Source of the DNA: Anthoceros angustus | Lineage: Eukaryota; Plantae; Anthocerotophyta | Length of the DNA stretch: 64,000 nt | Assembly: GCA_010909165.1 (NCBI GenBank) | Contig: VJWM01000134.1 | Coordinates: 124,001-188,000, forward strand | Direction: 5' to 3' | Shown here: positions 60,640 to 64,000 of the stretch, piece by piece | Numbering within the stretch: the stretch's first letter is position 1 | Layout of the letters: each line of letters begins with the position of its first letter | Notes under the pieces: model-generated | Told to the model about the DNA's origin: nothing | Databases searched by the model: none | What the model saw: only the letters and a program-made list of their open reading frames with translations | Program-made: the position numbers and the translations under genes

Positions 60640-63600
60640 CGTTAACTCCGCCATCTCCTCTCCAAAGTGGCCGGGCAACTCGCCATCTGCGGCCTCGCCT
60701 GTGTCCTTCTCCATTTCGACGCCCGCCTCCTGCTCCATCGCTGCATTTCCTCCGTCTCGCCAACAGAGCCGAGCTTTATTTCTCGCTCGTGATCCGCGAT
60801 CACGCCCGCATCACCATTCCTCAATGGTAGTTTGAGCCGCAGCCTGTGGTCTCCTTGCGTCTTCCATCTCCTCACTGGCGGCCCACCACGCACGAGACCG
60901 AGATCCTCCATCTCCTTGCTGCTTCCTCCTCCCATGGCCCTGCACTGCCTCGCCGCCTCCCGCCTCCTTCTTCGTGTTAGCCAGCTATCCTCGCTGCCTC
61001 CTCCACCGGCCCGATCACGCCGATAGTGATCCGGCTTGCCTTTAGCGGCTTCCGCCTGCTTTCACTGAAGCCGCATTTGGCGGTCCGGCCGCCCCAGCAC
61101 GAGCCTTCTCCGCTTGCGCCCGGCCTCGCCTCCTCACTTCTCCTCGCAGAGGTCTCCGCCTGCTTGGGCCTCTCAGGCTCGCTCACCGCCACCCAAAGGA
61201 TGAATTTAGTCCGGCCTGCGATGGACCAGACTTCCTCTCGGCCTCCCGCTTCCTTCTCGATGCGGCCGAGAGCTGGCCTCCTCCTGCCTCCCGGCCCTCC
61301 AACCGCCTCCCGGAGGAGCACCATACGCCCGGTGGCTTCTACCTCGGGTCTTCTCATCCGCAGAGACCCCAGCATACCGCCCATGACGAGCTGTGACCGC
61401 CGTGTTTCTTCCACGGCCGCCATCTGAGGCCCCCACAAAGTCCGAGTGGGAGCGGGCATTTCACCGCCAAGGACCTCCATACTGCAGCCCGAGTAAGTCC
61501 GACTGGTTCTCCTGACCTAATCAGACCTTAGGTCCCGAGGCCGAGCTCCCGAGCCACCTCCTGGCCCTCTTGGCCGCCAGCTTATTTGCCCTCTCGTCCT
61601 GGGCTGAGGTGAGGGGGTCCGGAGCTAGCCTTTTGCCCCTTCCTCGGGACAGACCGGCCTGGGCCGCTGACCTCCGGGCCCCTTCGCCTCCACCGCCTCT
61701 TACACTGCAAGGTGGCGGGGCACTGCACCGCCCCGAGGTGCCGCGCCAGACGCTGCCTTGCGCCTGGGTTCCCGCCGAGTCCCGGGCTCAGGTCATGGCT
61801 GTCGGTCGTGCAGACCGCCAACTCCCGCCTCCGCTGCTCCTCCGCTGGTTGCTCCGGAGGAGGCACTGTGAGAAGGGAAGGGATTTCCTCCATACTGGGT
61901 GGTGAGGGGGTCCGCCCACGATGGAGTCCGAATCCCTCCGCCTCCTCCCGGTCCGCTTGGCCTTAGAGGTCGGCCCCCACCCTGGGCGCCTGCACGCCCA
62001 CTTCCGGCAGGGCCTCCACTCTTCCGAGCGCTGGCCGATCTCCCTCCTTCAGAGTCAAATGTCCCCACATGAACTGCATGGGGATGCCCGATGGCGAGGG
62101 CTTCGCCTCACTTGCCTCCCCAACCGGGCGAAGATAATCCTTCCTCACCCGCCTCTTCCACCGTAACGCATGCTGAATACTAATAGTTATCACCAAGGTG
62201 ATCCACCTTGGTGAGCGTGTGTTCCAATGGATAACATCCGGCTACTCCTACCGTCTGCAGTCCGATATCAACCACGCTGGTTGTCCGCTGCCTGTGCCTC
62301 AAGATCGCCACCGGCCGGCCCTATCTTCCTTCTCGCCTGAGGGGCCTGAACCACGCCTTCTTCCTCCTTTGGGCCAGGCTCAGACCTCCAAGGTCCATCG
62401 CCTAGATCCTCCCGAGGTTCTGGATCAACCTCCTTGTTGGCCGCCAACATCTTCCGGCGAACTCCCGACCAGAGTGACGCCAAACGCCTGCAGACTGAAC
62501 ACATCCAAGTGCCACCTCGACTAACTCCCCGCCTCCAGCAGGCCCAAAGTCCGAGAAGCCGCCGTCACAATGTTGCGCCTACCAGGTTCCATGGCTCCGC
62601 ACTTTTGGGTGCCATCGCCTTCTTCTTGGCCGTAGTCCGGGCCGGAGTCCGCCGGGCACGATGCGCCTCTTCGCTGTCACGCCCAACCCCGACGGTGAGC
62701 TCACTGAAGATGCCGGGCGCCAAAGAGATAGCGCTGAGAGCCGGTGAGCGCAAGAGATCGCGAGAATTGTCTCGAGGTCGCGAAATAAATGATTCCTCTC
62801 TCGCTTTTGGGAGTAATCGTCAAGGGAAGGCGCTCGCTCGACCGTAATCGCGAGGTCTGATGGCTTACTTCCTCACCTTACGCCTGCTGCATCCTGCCTG
62901 TATTACAGCACTGCCTTACGCCGCCGAGTACTGCTGACCGCGGCCGCCTGTGCCCTTCTCCATCTCGGCTGACGCCCGCCTCTGCTCATCGCCAGATCAA
63001 TTGGCCGCCAACAGAGCCGAGCCGCTTTATTTTGCTCGCTCACAATTATGTCCTATTCACCATTCTCAATGGTAGTTTGAAGTCTAGCCCAAAGTCTCCT
63101 GCGGTCTTCCATCTCCGCCGCTGCCTCCACCTCCGGAGTCGAGTCTCGAGATCCTCCATCTCCTTGTCGCGAACTTCTTGGGCTGGCTCGCGCTTGCTCG
63201 CCACCTCCTGCTCCATCTTGAGGCGTGGGCGCTCTATCTCCCGCTCGAGTCTTGGATTCTCGTTGAGAACCCCTTGCTTTCCGGCGTCTTGGGGTTGTAA
63301 CTCAAAGTGTCCTCTGTCCTCCGACTCCTGCCGCCTCCTTCTACCTCCTGTGGTGCGCCAGGTCCCGATTTCCCGGTCTTGGCCTCGTGTTTGCACGGCT
63401 CGTCGTGCTCCCGCTCACCACTCGGCCTTGGTTGGCTGGCTCCGCCTCCCTCCACGGTTCGATCACGCGATAGTGATCGCGGTCTGTGGCGCCTCCTTGG
63501 CCACCTTCACGAGCCTCTCGACAGCTCTGGTCTGGTCCAGTGCCTCACGAGTCCGCGCCCGCTTGCGCCGGGCCTCTTCTCTCGCTTCTGCTGCGCTACC

Positions 63601-64000
63601 CCTACTGCGAGGTCCTCGGCGCTTGGGCCTCCTTAGCTTCCTTTGCTCCTCCGGTGATTTAATTTAGTCCTTGCGGATGGACGGACTCCCTCTCGGCCTC
63701 CCGGCGTTTCCCTTCCTCAATCGGCCGAGCTTGACCTTCCTTCTCTCTGGGCCCCTCCAGCTGCTCACGGAGGTACCATGCGCCTCGGGTGGCTTCTACC
63801 TCCTCTGGGTCTTCTCGGCCATCCCCGAGACCCCAAAGCATACCGTCCATGCGGTAGCAGGAACCGTGTTTCTTCCACGGCCGTGATGAGGCTCCCACAA
63901 AGTCCGTGGCGGAGCATTTCATGATCCGAGGACCTCCATACCCTTCGGAGTAAGTCGGGGTGGGTTCTCGGACCTAATCGGGACCCTTAGGTCACGAGTC
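60640..64000 (-). repeat. Two diverged copies (~60640-61560 and ~62930-64000) of a GC-rich, Arg/Glu-rich retroelement-like segment
   Basis: Shared strings CCTGTG.CCTTCTCCAT, CATT(C)CTCAATGGTAGTTTGA, AATTTAGTCC, CCCACAAAGTCCG and GAGTAAGTC...GACCTAATC; offset ~2.3-2.5 kb. Confidence 0.7.

Noticed and set aside
1-64000. rRNA, tRNA or organellar insertions
   Set aside because: No recognisable conserved rRNA, tRNA or plastid/mitochondrial sequence seen by eye; a covariance-model search was not run.

Overview
Eukaryotic nuclear DNA from a land plant. GT-AG introns, PLS/E-class PPR remnants, a PLATZ domain, thaumatin-like genes and Copia/Gypsy elements point to a non-seed plant such as a fern or lycophyte (inference). 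Near-identical copies differ by many 1-2 nt homopolymer indels, so the assembly looks like error-prone long-read consensus and individual frameshifts are not trusted. Left part (1-24 kb): a rearranged gene cluster. It holds five thaumatin-like (TLP) gene copies or fragments, two copies of a non-DUR3 sodium:solute-symporter gene within a ~5.2 kb segmental duplication (offset ~18.76 kb), and PPR remnants. It also holds a PLATZ zinc-finger gene whose 3' part is an array of nine ~500-640 bp exon+intron units with a 1.67 kb higher-order period. Middle (24-48 kb): two diverged Sola-like DDD transposons head-to-head with a tandemly duplicated ~1.9 kb junction, an insertion with an OTU-like remnant, a MULE/SWIM-like transposase, a convergent Ulp1/RING-like remnant and several minisatellites. 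Right part (48-64 kb): a full-length Tnt1-like Copia element nested in the gag of an opposite-strand Gypsy element, then duplicated GC-rich retroelement-like sequence. No rRNA, tRNA or CRISPR array was seen. Coordinates described as approximate were set by eye.
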